Below are positions 1 to 8,603 of a stretch of 55,682 nucleotides of DNA, piece by piece (position 1 is the stretch's first letter; the number at the start of each line of letters is the position of its first letter). Source of the stretch: Alphaproteobacteria bacterium (GTDB lineage Bacteria; Pseudomonadota; Alphaproteobacteria; ATCC43930; CGMCC-115725); the NCBI GenBank assembly GCA_030042035.1, contig JASIAN010000067.1:1-55682 (forward strand). The letters are read 5' to 3'. Below the pieces are notes generated by a model, which saw only the letters and a list, made by a program, of their open reading frames with translations, was not told where the DNA came from and ran no database searches. The position numbers and the translations under genes were made by a program.

Positions 1-645
1 AGCCGCGCCGCAGCGCGTGCCGAGCGCCGCGATCGGCGCGATCCGTTCGGGCGTGCCGATCACCGCTTCGGTCGCGTCGAGCGGCACCAGCGTGATCGGC
101 AGGCCGCTCGCCAACACGATCGCCGCTGCCTGCGGGTCGCAATGGATGTTGAACTCGGCCGCCGGTGTGATGTTGCCGTGCGTGCCACCGCCCATGATGA
201 CGAGGTTGCCGATCGCGGCGGCGATATCGGGCGCCATGACCAGCGCGACGGCAATGTTGGTCAACGGCCCGAGCGCGCACAGCGCAACGCTGCCGGGCAC
301 CGCGGCGCGCAACGTCGCGATCAGCCATGACACGCCGTGCTGCGCCGCAAGCGCAACCCTGGGCGGCGGCAGGGCGAGGCCACCCAGACCGTCCTCGCCG
401 TGGACATCGGCGGCATCGGGCGCGGCGCCGGCAAGCGGCCGCGGGCAGCCGGCAAACACCGGAACGTCGGAGCGGCCTGCCAACTCGACAACGGCGCGGG
501 CGTTGCGCGCGGTCGCCGGCAGCGGCAGATTGCCGGCGACCGCAATGAGGCCGTGCACCGCCAGCTCGGGCGAGGCGAGCGCCAGCAGGATCGCGATGGC
601 ATCATCGATGCCGGGATCGGTGTCGATAATGATCGTCCGCGGCAT
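1..645 (-). CDS. Inosine-uridine-preferring nucleoside hydrolase family protein (3' end runs off the left edge)
   Basis: My own minus-strand translation from the ATG (complement of 643-645) gives MPRTIIIDTDPGIDDAIAILLALASPEL...GPLTNIAVAL...EFNIHCDPQAA. The N-terminal DTDPGIDD aspartate cluster is the IUNH hallmark. The frame stays open to position 1, so it is absent from the supplied ORF track. Confidence 0.85.
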   Translation of the reverse strand, partial: MPRTIIIDTDPGIDDAIAILLALASPELAVHGLIAVAGNLPLPATARNARAVVELAGRSDVPVFAGCPRPLAGAAPDAADVHGEDGLGGLALPPPRVALAAQHGVSWLIATLRAAVPGSVALCALGPLTNIAVALVMAPDIAAAIGNLVIMGGGTHGNITPAAEFNIHCDPQAAAIVLASGLPITLVPLDATEAVIGTPERIAPIAALGTRCGAA

Positions 646-737
646 CGCTGCCCCTCCGCAGCCGCTTCATCAAAAAATCCGCCAGACGTTAACAAAAATT
701 GCGATCCACCGCCCGCGGCGGGCTTGACCTTGCAGGC

Positions 738-752
738 GAACCAAACTAGAAC
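738..752. promoter_or_regulatory. Alphaproteobacterial SOS box (LexA operator), GAAC-N7-GAAC
   Basis: GAACCAAACTAGAAC lies 43 bp upstream of the lexA ATG, in the divergent spacer shared with the nucleoside hydrolase gene. A TTGACC -35-like hexamer sits at 724-729. Confidence 0.8.
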
Positions 753-794
753 AATATTAGAGTTTAGGATTTGTTCGCGCCGGGAGGGCGGATC

Positions 795-1520
795 ATGCTG
801 ACGAGAAAGCAGCACGAGTTGTTGATGTTCATCAATCAGCGGCTGGCCGCGACCGGTGTCGCGCCGTCGTTCGACGAGATGAAGGATGCGCTGAACCTGC
901 GCTCGAAATCGGGCATTCACCGGCTGATCAGCGGCCTCGAAGAGCGCGGTTTTATCCGCCGCCTGCCGCACCGGGCGCGCGCTTTGGAAGTGAGAAAGCT
1001 GCCGGAGGAGAGCGCCGCTCCGCTGACCGCGGCCGCCGCCGCCGATACCGCCAGCGAGCGCGGTCGCTTCTCGCCGACCGTCATTCGCGGCGATTTCGCG
1101 GGCGTCCTGCCCGGCATGCCGATCGCCGCCAACACGTCGGCGGTCGATCTGCCGCTTTACGGCCGCATCGCCGCCGGCACGCCGATCGAGGCGCTGCGCG
1201 ACCAGAGTAACTCGGTCGCCGTCCCGGGCAGCCTCGTCGGCCGCGGCGAGCATTACGCCCTCGAAGTCGCCGGCGACAGCATGATCGAAGCCGGCATTCT
1301 CGATGGCGACACGGTCATCATCCAGCGCTGCAACACCGCCGAAAATGGCGAAATCGTCGTTGCCCTCGTCGATGACCAGGAAGTCACGCTGAAGCGGCTG
1401 CGCCGGCGGGGCGCTTCGATCGCCCTCGAACCCGCCAACAAATCTCATGAAACCCGCATCTTCGGCCCCGACCGCGTCAAGGTGCAGGGGCGCCTCGTCG
1501 GCCTCTTGCGGCGCTATTGA
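795..1520 (+). CDS. lexA: LexA repressor (SOS regulator, S24 self-cleaving peptidase)
   Basis: [17 protein letters not shown]... forms the winged-helix N-terminus, and [18 protein letters not shown]...VTLKRL forms the S24 C-terminal domain. GGGAGGG RBS at 782-788. I chose the ATG at 795 rather than the ORF-track start at 771. Confidence 0.95.
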   Translation: MLTRKQHELLMFINQRLAATGVAPSFDEMKDALNLRSKSGIHRLISGLEERGFIRRLPHRARALEVRKLPEESAAPLTAAAAADTASERGRFSPTVIRGDFAGVLPGMPIAANTSAVDLPLYGRIAAGTPIEALRDQSNSVAVPGSLVGRGEHYALEVAGDSMIEAGILDGDTVIIQRCNTAENGEIVVALVDDQEVTLKRLRRRGASIALEPANKSHETRIFGPDRVKVQGRLVGLLRRY

Positions 1521-1745
1521 CGCGGCGCCGCCGACGCACTCGGCGCCGACGCCCGGCTGATCCAGGGCGAGGCGGTCATCTCCCTGCGGGGGATGCCTGC
1601 GTCATCGTTCCCATAGGACTACGGTACCCTTGATCGCAGGGGATCGCAGCGCACCTTATGGCGCGTTTGCGATTCAGCATTCGTTGGCAACCATCTGTTC
1701 AGACTGGCTGGACAAACTGGCGGGCGACACGGGGAATTTTCCGTC

Positions 1746-2384
1746 ATGCGGGTGATGAAGCGGATGGCGCGACGTCTTTTCTTTACCGGAATTGCACTTT
1801 GTTTGGCGATCTCGCTGCAATCGCCGCCAGCGTCGGCGACCTACGGCCACGGCGCCACCGCAGTTCGCAGTCTCTACAGTACGCTGCTTGCGGCGATGCG
1901 CGCCGGGCCGGCGCTCGGGCCGCAGGGCAGGTACGCCGAAATCGAGCCGGTTGTGCGTCGGGTGTTCGACATCCCGCTGATGACAAAGGTGGCCGTCGGC
2001 CCCGAATGGGCTGCGCTGAATGCAGCGCAGCGCCGGCAAGTGACCGACGCGTTTGCCCGCTACATCGCGGCTGTTTACGCCGAGCGCTTCGACAGCTATT
2101 CCGGCGAACGGCTGCTGGTGACGGGCGAGGAACCCTCGCCCGGCGGCGCGATCATTACGAGCCGCATCGTCACGTCCGACGGCGAGCCGGTCAACATCAA
2201 CTACCTGATGCGCGACAACGGCGGGGTATGGCAGATCGCCGATGTGTATCTCGACGGCACGGTCAGCGAGCTGGCGACGCGGCGGTCGGAGTTCAGCGAC
2301 ATTCTGCGGCGCAGCGGCATCGCCGGTCTGATCCAGGCGCTCAACGGCAAGGCGGCCGCGCTCGCCTCGGCGCGCGCGTCATAG
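1746..2384 (+). CDS. MlaC/Ttg2D-family periplasmic lipid-binding protein (signal peptide)
   Basis: Signal peptide RRLFFTGIALCLAISLQSPPASA, then the typical Ttg2D pattern (FDIPLMTKVAVGPEWAALNAAQRRQVTDAFARYIAAVYAERF...WQIADVYLDG). The exact start among M1/M4/M7 is uncertain. Confidence 0.75.
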   Translation: MRVMKRMARRLFFTGIALCLAISLQSPPASATYGHGATAVRSLYSTLLAAMRAGPALGPQGRYAEIEPVVRRVFDIPLMTKVAVGPEWAALNAAQRRQVTDAFARYIAAVYAERFDSYSGERLLVTGEEPSPGGAIITSRIVTSDGEPVNINYLMRDNGGVWQIADVYLDGTVSELATRRSEFSDILRRSGIAGLIQALNGKAAALASARAS

Positions 2385-2930
2385 CTGGCGGCAGGTCGGC
2401 GGCAGCAAGCCGGGCGGGCCGTTGACGGCGGCAATGCGCTGGATCTGGGCCGGCCGCGGCTTGGCCACTTCGCCCTGCTCGAAGGCGACGACGGTCAGCG
2501 CCGCAAAGGCCGCCAGCAACTCGCCGGGGCGCAACAGAAAATTCGGATTGTGCGGCAGACCGAAGCGCTCGTTGCCGGCGGCGAAGGTTTCATAGATGAC
2601 GATGCCGCCGGCCGCCAACGCCGCGGCGATCGGCGCCAGGAGCGGTCGATGCAGGTAGTTGGTCGCGACGATCCCATCCCAGCCGCTGCCGAGCGGCCAC
2701 GGCGTACCGCTTTCGAGATCCGCTTGGCGCACCTCGCAGCGCGCACCGGCGAACGGCCGCAATCGAGTGATGTCACGATCGACGGCGGTGACGCGAAACC
2801 CTGCATCGACGAGGAGCCGTGTATGACGGCCGCCGCCGGCCGCGAGATCGAGGACGCTGCCGGCTGGCCGGATCAGCGGCAGGAACCGCCGCACCCAGGC
2901 GGAGGCGGCCTCTTGAGGCATTGTTAGCAC
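2379..2930 (-). CDS. Class I SAM-dependent methyltransferase
   Basis: Motif I VLDLAAGGGRHT, followed by acidic D in VTAVDRD, and motif IV-like GGIVIYETF. The 3' end overlaps the convergent MlaC-family gene by 6 nt. Confidence 0.8.
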   Translation of the reverse strand: MLTMPQEAASAWVRRFLPLIRPAGSVLDLAAGGGRHTRLLVDAGFRVTAVDRDITRLRPFAGARCEVRQADLESGTPWPLGSGWDGIVATNYLHRPLLAPIAAALAAGGIVIYETFAAGNERFGLPHNPNFLLRPGELLAAFAALTVVAFEQGEVAKPRPAQIQRIAAVNGPPGLLPPTCRQL

Positions 2931-2994
2931 TCTCGCTATATGATTGCTAACTCACGGTCGCCGGTATAGATAGGGATATCGGGAGGTTGTTTCG

Positions 2995-3402
2995 ATGATC
3001 CTGTTCACGCTGCGCTGCGCCGACGGCCACGAGTTCGAAGGCTGGTTTCGCGACAATGACAGCTTCGAGGCGCAGCAGCAGAGCGGCGAGATCGCCTGCC
3101 CGGAATGCGGCGCCAACCGGGTCGAAAAGGCGGTCATGGCGCCGGCGATCGGCCGCTCACGCGATCGCATGCCATTCTCGCCAGCGCAGATGCGCCGCGC
3201 GCTCATCGAATTGCGGCGGCAGGTCGAGAGCCATTGCGATTATGTCGGCCCGCGGTTTGCCGAGGAGGCGCGCAAAATCCATTACGGCGAGGTTGATCCG
3301 CACGGCATTTATGGCGAAGCGACCCCCGAGGAATCACGCGAGCTGAACGACGAAGGCATCAAGTTCGGCCAGATCCCGTGGGTTCCGACCAGCGATGCAT
3401 GA
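2995..3402 (+). CDS. DUF1178 family zinc-ribbon protein
   Basis: MILFTLRCADGHEFEGWFRDNDSFEAQ...IACPECG is the characteristic DUF1178 N-terminus. GGGAGG RBS upstream. Confidence 0.8.
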   Translation: MILFTLRCADGHEFEGWFRDNDSFEAQQQSGEIACPECGANRVEKAVMAPAIGRSRDRMPFSPAQMRRALIELRRQVESHCDYVGPRFAEEARKIHYGEVDPHGIYGEATPEESRELNDEGIKFGQIPWVPTSDA

Positions 3403-3432
3403 CCGGCGGCGACGGGGCCTGCAGCGCCGCCC

Positions 3433-3696
3433 TCAGTGCAGCGTCAGTTGATGCTTGAAGTGTCGGAAACGGTTGGGTGCGGTACGGCTGCTCTGCTTGA
3501 CGGTGACCGAATGCAGCTCGCCCTCGATGTTGGCACGCCAGAAATCGAGAAATTTCCGCAGTTCGGGAAATTCCGGAGCGAGGTCGAATTTCTGCCAGAT
3601 GAAGGTCTGCAGCAGCTCCGGATGGTCGGGCAGGCGATAGACGATCTCGGCCGTCGTCAGCCGGTAGCCTCGCAGTTGCAGCTCGTATCGTGTCAC
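3433..3696 (-). CDS. usg: Usg family protein
   Basis: YRLTTAEIVYRLPDHPELLQTFIWQKFDLAPEFPELRKFLDFWRANIEGELHSV matches the Usg (PF06233) pattern. I chose a GTG start (88 codons) to fit the usual family length. An ATG at 3741 is an alternative start. Confidence 0.7.
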   Translation of the reverse strand: MTRYELQLRGYRLTTAEIVYRLPDHPELLQTFIWQKFDLAPEFPELRKFLDFWRANIEGELHSVTVKQSSRTAPNRFRHFKHQLTLH

Positions 3697-3948
3697 GTCC
3701 GCATCTCTCGCTGATAGACGCCCTCCCGCTGCTACCAGCATACCTCGCCCGGACCTCAGGGCAACAGAAAAACGCTCGCAAATCCAAGCGGGTAGCAGCA
3801 TCCCTGGCATTGTGCTGCCAAGCGGCGACCGGCGGCGCGAAGCCGCTCTTGAAGGGGTTGTCGCGCGTTTTAAATAATTGGCAGCGCGGCCCGTCGTCTC
3901 GCGCCGTTTTGCCTGACGCGCCACGCGTCACCCTTTAAGGTTCTGACG

Positions 3949-5070
3949 ATGCATCGGACTCTCTCAGCGCTGCTGCTCGCGGGCGCCGTCGCGGCGATTG
4001 CGCCTGCGCCAAGCGTCGCGCTGGCGGGTGCGCCGATCCCGGAGGTCGGCGGCGTCGTCCCGACCTTGGCGCCGATGCTGGCGCGCATCACGCCGGGCGT
4101 TGTCAACATCGCGGTGCACAGCCGGGTGAGCGAACAAAACCCGCTGTTGCAGGATCCATTCTTCCGCCGCTTTTTCGATCTGCCGCAGAACGGCCGGACA
4201 CAGGAACGCGAGACCGAGGCGACCGGCTCAGGCGTCATCATCGATGCGAAACGAGGTTACGTGTTGACCAACGGCCATGTCGTCGAGAATGCAACGCGCA
4301 TCGATGTGACGACCAAGGACAACCGCCGCTTTACCGCGCGGCTGCTCGGCCGCGACGACGAGACCGACATCGCTGTGCTGCAGATTCCGGCCGATCATCT
4401 GACCGCGGTGCCGATGGGCAATTCTGACAAACTGAGGGTGGGCGATTTCGTGCTGGCGATCGGCAACCCGTTCGGCCTCGGGCAGACCGTCACGTCGGGC
4501 ATCGTCAGCGCGCTCGGCCGCAGCGGCCTCGGCATCGACGGTTACGAGGACTTCATCCAGACCGACGCCTCGATCAATCCCGGCAACTCCGGCGGGCCGC
4601 TCGTCAATCTTGAGGGCCGGTGCGTCGGCATCAACACAGCGATACTGGCGCCGGGCGGTGCCAATATCGGCATCGGATTTGCGGTCCCGATCAACATGGC
4701 GCGGCAGGTCATGGACCAATTGATCCGCTACGGCCGGGTGCAGCGCGGCCGCATCGGGGTCGCGATCGAGGACTTGACGCCCGATCTGGCCGCCGCGTTG
4801 AAGACCGCCCATTCCGACGGTGCCGTCATCGCGCGCGTCGATCCCGCCTCGCCGGCCGAGCGGGCCGGACTGGAGCGCGGCGATCTTGTCGTCGCCGTCG
4901 ACGGCGTGCCGGTGCACAGCGGCACGCAATTGCGCGACACGATCGGCCTGACGACAATCGGCCGTACGATCGATCTGACGATCGACCGCCACGGCGTGCC
5001 ATATGATGTGCGTGTGCGGGTCGAGGCGGCGCGCTCCTCCGAAGAGGCGCGGCGCACCTACCAGCGCTGA
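3949..5070 (+). CDS. HtrA/DegS-like periplasmic trypsin-fold serine protease with a single PDZ domain
   Basis: Signal peptide. Catalytic triad context TNGHVV, DIAVLQ and GNSGGPLVN. One PDZ domain (GAVIARVDPASPAERAGLERGDLVVAVDG). Confidence 0.92.
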   Translation: MHRTLSALLLAGAVAAIAPAPSVALAGAPIPEVGGVVPTLAPMLARITPGVVNIAVHSRVSEQNPLLQDPFFRRFFDLPQNGRTQERETEATGSGVIIDAKRGYVLTNGHVVENATRIDVTTKDNRRFTARLLGRDDETDIAVLQIPADHLTAVPMGNSDKLRVGDFVLAIGNPFGLGQTVTSGIVSALGRSGLGIDGYEDFIQTDASINPGNSGGPLVNLEGRCVGINTAILAPGGANIGIGFAVPINMARQVMDQLIRYGRVQRGRIGVAIEDLTPDLAAALKTAHSDGAVIARVDPASPAERAGLERGDLVVAVDGVPVHSGTQLRDTIGLTTIGRTIDLTIDRHGVPYDVRVRVEAARSSEEARRTYQR

Positions 5071-5094
5071 GCCGATGAACTGATCCGCAGGGCG

Positions 5095-6066
5095 ATGGCG
5101 ACGCAAACCCTATACGACGTGCTCGGCGTCACACGTGACGCCGGCGCCGATGACATCCGCAAGGCCTACCGCAAGCTGGCCAAGGAATTTCACCCCGACC
5201 TCAACCCCGGCAAACCGGAGGCGGAAGCGCGTTTCAAGGCGATCACCGCTGCCTACGACATCTTGTCCGACCCGGAAAAGCGCGGGCGCTATGACCGCGG
5301 CGAGATCGATGAGAGCGGCGCCGAGCGGCCGCGCTACTCCTACCGGCCGCATGCCGAGGGCGCGCAGGGCTGGAAATACCGACCGGAAGGCGAGATGGAT
5401 ATCGGCGATCTCGATGATCTGTTTGCAATGTTCGGCCGCGGCGCCGGCGGCAGGGCGGGCCGTGGCGGGCGCGGCGGCGCCGGCTTTCAGATGCCCGGTC
5501 CCGACCGCCATTACACGCTGACGATCGACTTTGTCGTGGCGGCCAACGGCGGCAAAGAGCGCCTGTCTCTCGCGCCGGATCAATGGCTCGACGTGACAAT
5601 CCCGCCGGGTATCGAACAGGGCCAGATTCTGCGCCTCAAGGGTAAGGGGGGCGCCGGCCTCGCCGGCGGCCCGCCGGGCGACGCGCTGATCGAGGTATTG
5701 GTCGCGCCGCACCCGTTCTTCCGCCGCGACGGCGACGACATCCATCTCGACCTGCCCGTGAGCCTGCCGGAAGCGGTGCTCGGCGCCCATGTCGCGGTGC
5801 CGACCATCACCGGGCCGGTGACGATGACGATCCCCAAAGGTTCCGACACCGGCACGCGGTTGCGTCTGCGCGGCAAAGGCATCCAGCGCCGCCACCGAGG
5901 CGAGAACCGCGCCGGCGACCAGTACGTGACGCTGAAGGTCGTCATCGGCGCTGCCGACGACCCGGAACTCGCCGAGTTCCTGAAGGGCTGGGGCGACAGA
6001 CACAAAACCGACCCGCGCCGCGCGATGGGCCGCGCCGGCCAGCGCACCGGAGAAGCCGCATCATGA
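5095..6066 (+). CDS. cbpA: Curved-DNA-binding J-domain co-chaperone CbpA (DnaJ homolog without a zinc finger)
   Basis: J domain [34 protein letters not shown], a G-rich linker and DnaJ C-terminal domains. There is no CxxCxGxG repeat. It is followed by cbpM. Confidence 0.88.
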   Translation: MATQTLYDVLGVTRDAGADDIRKAYRKLAKEFHPDLNPGKPEAEARFKAITAAYDILSDPEKRGRYDRGEIDESGAERPRYSYRPHAEGAQGWKYRPEGEMDIGDLDDLFAMFGRGAGGRAGRGGRGGAGFQMPGPDRHYTLTIDFVVAANGGKERLSLAPDQWLDVTIPPGIEQGQILRLKGKGGAGLAGGPPGDALIEVLVAPHPFFRRDGDDIHLDLPVSLPEAVLGAHVAVPTITGPVTMTIPKGSDTGTRLRLRGKGIQRRHRGENRAGDQYVTLKVVIGAADDPELAEFLKGWGDRHKTDPRRAMGRAGQRTGEAAS

Positions 6067-6398
6067 TCGGCGCCGACGAATTGCTGCGCCGCGTCGGCCG
6101 CCTCAACCGCGCCGAACTGGTGCGCTGGATCGACAATCGCTGGATCGTGCCCGACATAGAGGGCGGCGCCTGGCTGTTCCGCGAGGTCGATATCGCGCGG
6201 GTCGAACTCATTCTCGACATGCGCCGCGATTTCGCGATCAACGACGAGGCGATGTCGATCGTCCTCGGCCTCGTCGATCAGATCTACAGCCTGCGCCGCC
6301 AGCTGCGCCGGCTGTGCGATGCGCTGGAAGCGCAGCCGGCCGACATCCGCGAGCGCGTCCGCCGCGCCCTGCCGCCCAACGGCAGCCGCCCGGCGTAG
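6063..6398 (+). CDS. cbpM: Chaperone modulatory protein CbpM (MerR-like fold)
   Basis: Overlaps the cbpA stop through ATGA. The sequence [18 protein letters not shown]...[24 protein letters not shown] is typical of CbpM. Confidence 0.8.
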   Translation: MIGADELLRRVGRLNRAELVRWIDNRWIVPDIEGGAWLFREVDIARVELILDMRRDFAINDEAMSIVLGLVDQIYSLRRQLRRLCDALEAQPADIRERVRRALPPNGSRPA

Positions 6399-6437
6399 CG
6401 GCCTGCGGCCGCCAACCCATATCGCGTGACAGCGAGA

Positions 6438-8603
6438 TCAGGCGGCCAGGGCCGAGTGGGCGTCTGCCAAATCCGCGAGGCGACGCTCCGCTCGGCGCGG
6501 CGCCACCACCAAACTCTCGGCCGGCAGCTTGTCCGATGGCGCGGCGGGTATCACCGGCACGGGCTCGGCGGTATCGCCGCGGGTCGTTGGCGCCATCCAG
6601 ATGCGTCCGATCATGCCGAGGGTTGCCGACCAAGTGGAGACGCTGACGGCGGTGGTATCAAGGCCGCTGGTGAAGATCTTGCGGATCAGGAGATCGCGTT
6701 CGACAGACGCCGGCAGATCGAAGCGCAGCGCAAGGAAGGACTCGTTGCCGCGTGCCACCGTGCCGGCGATGAAGCCCACGCCCCTGAGGAACAGCCGGAC
6801 CGGATCGCCGACCGCGAACGGCCGCTCCGCCGCCGCCTCGAGCGCCACGCCTGCGCCGGAGAGAGAGATATCCTTGACGCGGCCGATCAGGAGATGGCCG
6901 CGCCGCTCGCTCAGCCAGGCCGGTTCGTCGATCTCGAAACGCTCCTCGCTGCGGCGGACCGGCGCCTGCAGGCACAACATACAGACCAGAAACAGCACCA
7001 CTACGTTGACGGAGCCCCAGCACGCCACCATGGGCAGCAGCGCCGTCTGTTCGACCACCCGCCAATCCGGCACCGCGTTGATGGTGAGGCCAAGGAGCGT
7101 CAACAGCATCAGGCTGAGAGCCGTCCAGAAGATGCCGCGCTCGTAGCCCGCGCCCGCCGCGCTGCCGCCTTTCGGCGTAACATTGAACAGGTGGCCGTGC
7201 GGGCGAAGGGCGGTCTGCAGCGTGGCCGGCAGAACCTTGAAGCTCTGGAAGGTGCCGAGAACCTGTGCTGCCAGCGGAAAATAATGACCGCGGCCAAAGA
7301 CGCTGATGCCTCCGACCACCGCCATTACCATCGGCACGAGATAATAAAGCACCGGTCCCAGCGTCACGTTGATGAGCGGCGGCAGGCCGGTCCACAGAAA
7401 GACGAGCGGCGTCACGATCGACATCAGCAGCATGAGCCCCTGGCTCAGCCAGTGTGTCGGCAGGAACAGCAGCCGGTGCATTGGACGCAGACCGCGGCCG
7501 AGCGGGCCTTCCGGAAGATACAACATCTGGATGGCGCCGCGCGCCCAGCGCTGGCGCTGCACAAAGAAGGCCTTGATGCTCTCCGGCGCCAGGCCGTAGG
7601 CGAGCCGCTCGCAGAGATAGCGCGTGATGAAGCCGTGCCGCAGCATCACCAGGCTCAACAACATGTCTTCGGTGACGGAGCCGGTAGGGAGCGCATCACC
7701 GACCGCGCGCATCGCGGCGCGACGGGTCACCGAGTTGGAGCCACAGCAGAAGGCGGCGTTCCAGCCGTCGCGGCTCGGCATGATCGCTTCGAAAAAGAAC
7801 CGCTGATCATCGGGCAGCCGCTTGCGCAGCGCCAGGTTCGCCTGCAGCGGGTCGTGGTTGTAGAAGGCGTGCGGCACCTGCACGATGCCGACCTTGGGAT
7901 CGTCAAAAAACCCAAGCGTGCGCATCAGGAAGTTGCGCTGGGGAATGAAGTCGGCATCGAAGACGGCAACAAAATCGCCATTTGTTTGAGCCAGCGCATG
8001 ATTGATATTGCCGGCCTTGGCATGGGCATTGTCGGCGCGAGTGATATAACCCACGCCCTTGGCGGCGCAGAACTCCTTGAGCCAAGGGCGGCGGCCGTCA
8101 TCCAGCACCCAGATGGCGGCATTTGGATAGTCGAGCGAAAGCGCGCCGACGATCGTCTTCTCCAACACCTCCAACGGTTCGTTATAGGTGGGGATATAAA
8201 CGTCGACGCTGGGGAGCCGCTCCGGCGGCAAGCTGCGCAGCCGGACCTCGTGCCGGCGCGCTTCCTCGCGCCGGTCGGTGCTGCGCAGGAATGCCAGGTA
8301 AAGAATGAGCGCATCGCCGAGCGCCAGCAGCTCGACCAGAAAGTTGACCCAAATCCAGCCGATCTCCGGCGCGGAACCCGCGGCCGGCAGCACCGTGTCA
8401 AAGAAGCGCCACGCGAGGTAGCGCGCCACGACGATCCATACCGCCGCAAAGATCAGCCACCGCGCCCAGGCGCGCCGCATCGGCAAGATCGGACCGATGA
8501 CATGGATGACGGCGACGACGAGCGCGATCGGCGCCAGCGCGATACTCAGAGACAGCGGATCAACCGGCACGCGCGGAACTTCCGCCGGCAACACGGGTCT
8601 CAT
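6438..8603 (-). CDS. Processive family-2 glycosyltransferase (cellulose-synthase-like beta-glycan synthase) with a C-terminal PilZ c-di-GMP receptor domain
   Basis: Multi-pass membrane protein with GT2 motifs VLDDG, HAKAGN, FDADF, CCGSN, TED and QRQRW (QxxRW). PilZ motifs RRSEER (RxxxR) and DISLSG (DxSxxG) lie at aa 550-583, about nt 6669-6962. Confidence 0.9.
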   Translation of the reverse strand: MRPVLPAEVPRVPVDPLSLSIALAPIALVVAVIHVIGPILPMRRAWARWLIFAAVWIVVARYLAWRFFDTVLPAAGSAPEIGWIWVNFLVELLALGDALILYLAFLRSTDRREEARRHEVRLRSLPPERLPSVDVYIPTYNEPLEVLEKTIVGALSLDYPNAAIWVLDDGRRPWLKEFCAAKGVGYITRADNAHAKAGNINHALAQTNGDFVAVFDADFIPQRNFLMRTLGFFDDPKVGIVQVPHAFYNHDPLQANLALRKRLPDDQRFFFEAIMPSRDGWNAAFCCGSNSVTRRAAMRAVGDALPTGSVTEDMLLSLVMLRHGFITRYLCERLAYGLAPESIKAFFVQRQRWARGAIQMLYLPEGPLGRGLRPMHRLLFLPTHWLSQGLMLLMSIVTPLVFLWTGLPPLINVTLGPVLYYLVPMVMAVVGGISVFGRGHYFPLAAQVLGTFQSFKVLPATLQTALRPHGHLFNVTPKGGSAAGAGYERGIFWTALSLMLLTLLGLTINAVPDWRVVEQTALLPMVACWGSVNVVVLFLVCMLCLQAPVRRSEERFEIDEPAWLSERRGHLLIGRVKDISLSGAGVALEAAAERPFAVGDPVRLFLRGVGFIAGTVARGNESFLALRFDLPASVERDLLIRKIFTSGLDTTAVSVSTWSATLGMIGRIWMAPTTRGDTAEPVPVIPAAPSDKLPAESLVVAPRRAERRLADLADAHSALAA

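Noticed and set aside
321-1448. 375-aa minus-strand ORF, and the 17-727 plus-strand ORF
   Set aside because: The first is antisense to lexA. The second is the wrong strand over the nucleoside hydrolase gene. The true frames carry the LexA S24 domain and the DTDPGIDD nucleoside-hydrolase motif.
2931-2959. Inverted repeat GTTAGCA-N15-TGCTAAC in the methyltransferase/DUF1178 divergent spacer as an operator
   Set aside because: The arms are only 7 bp and I recognise no regulator family with this half-site. It is too weak to call without conservation data.
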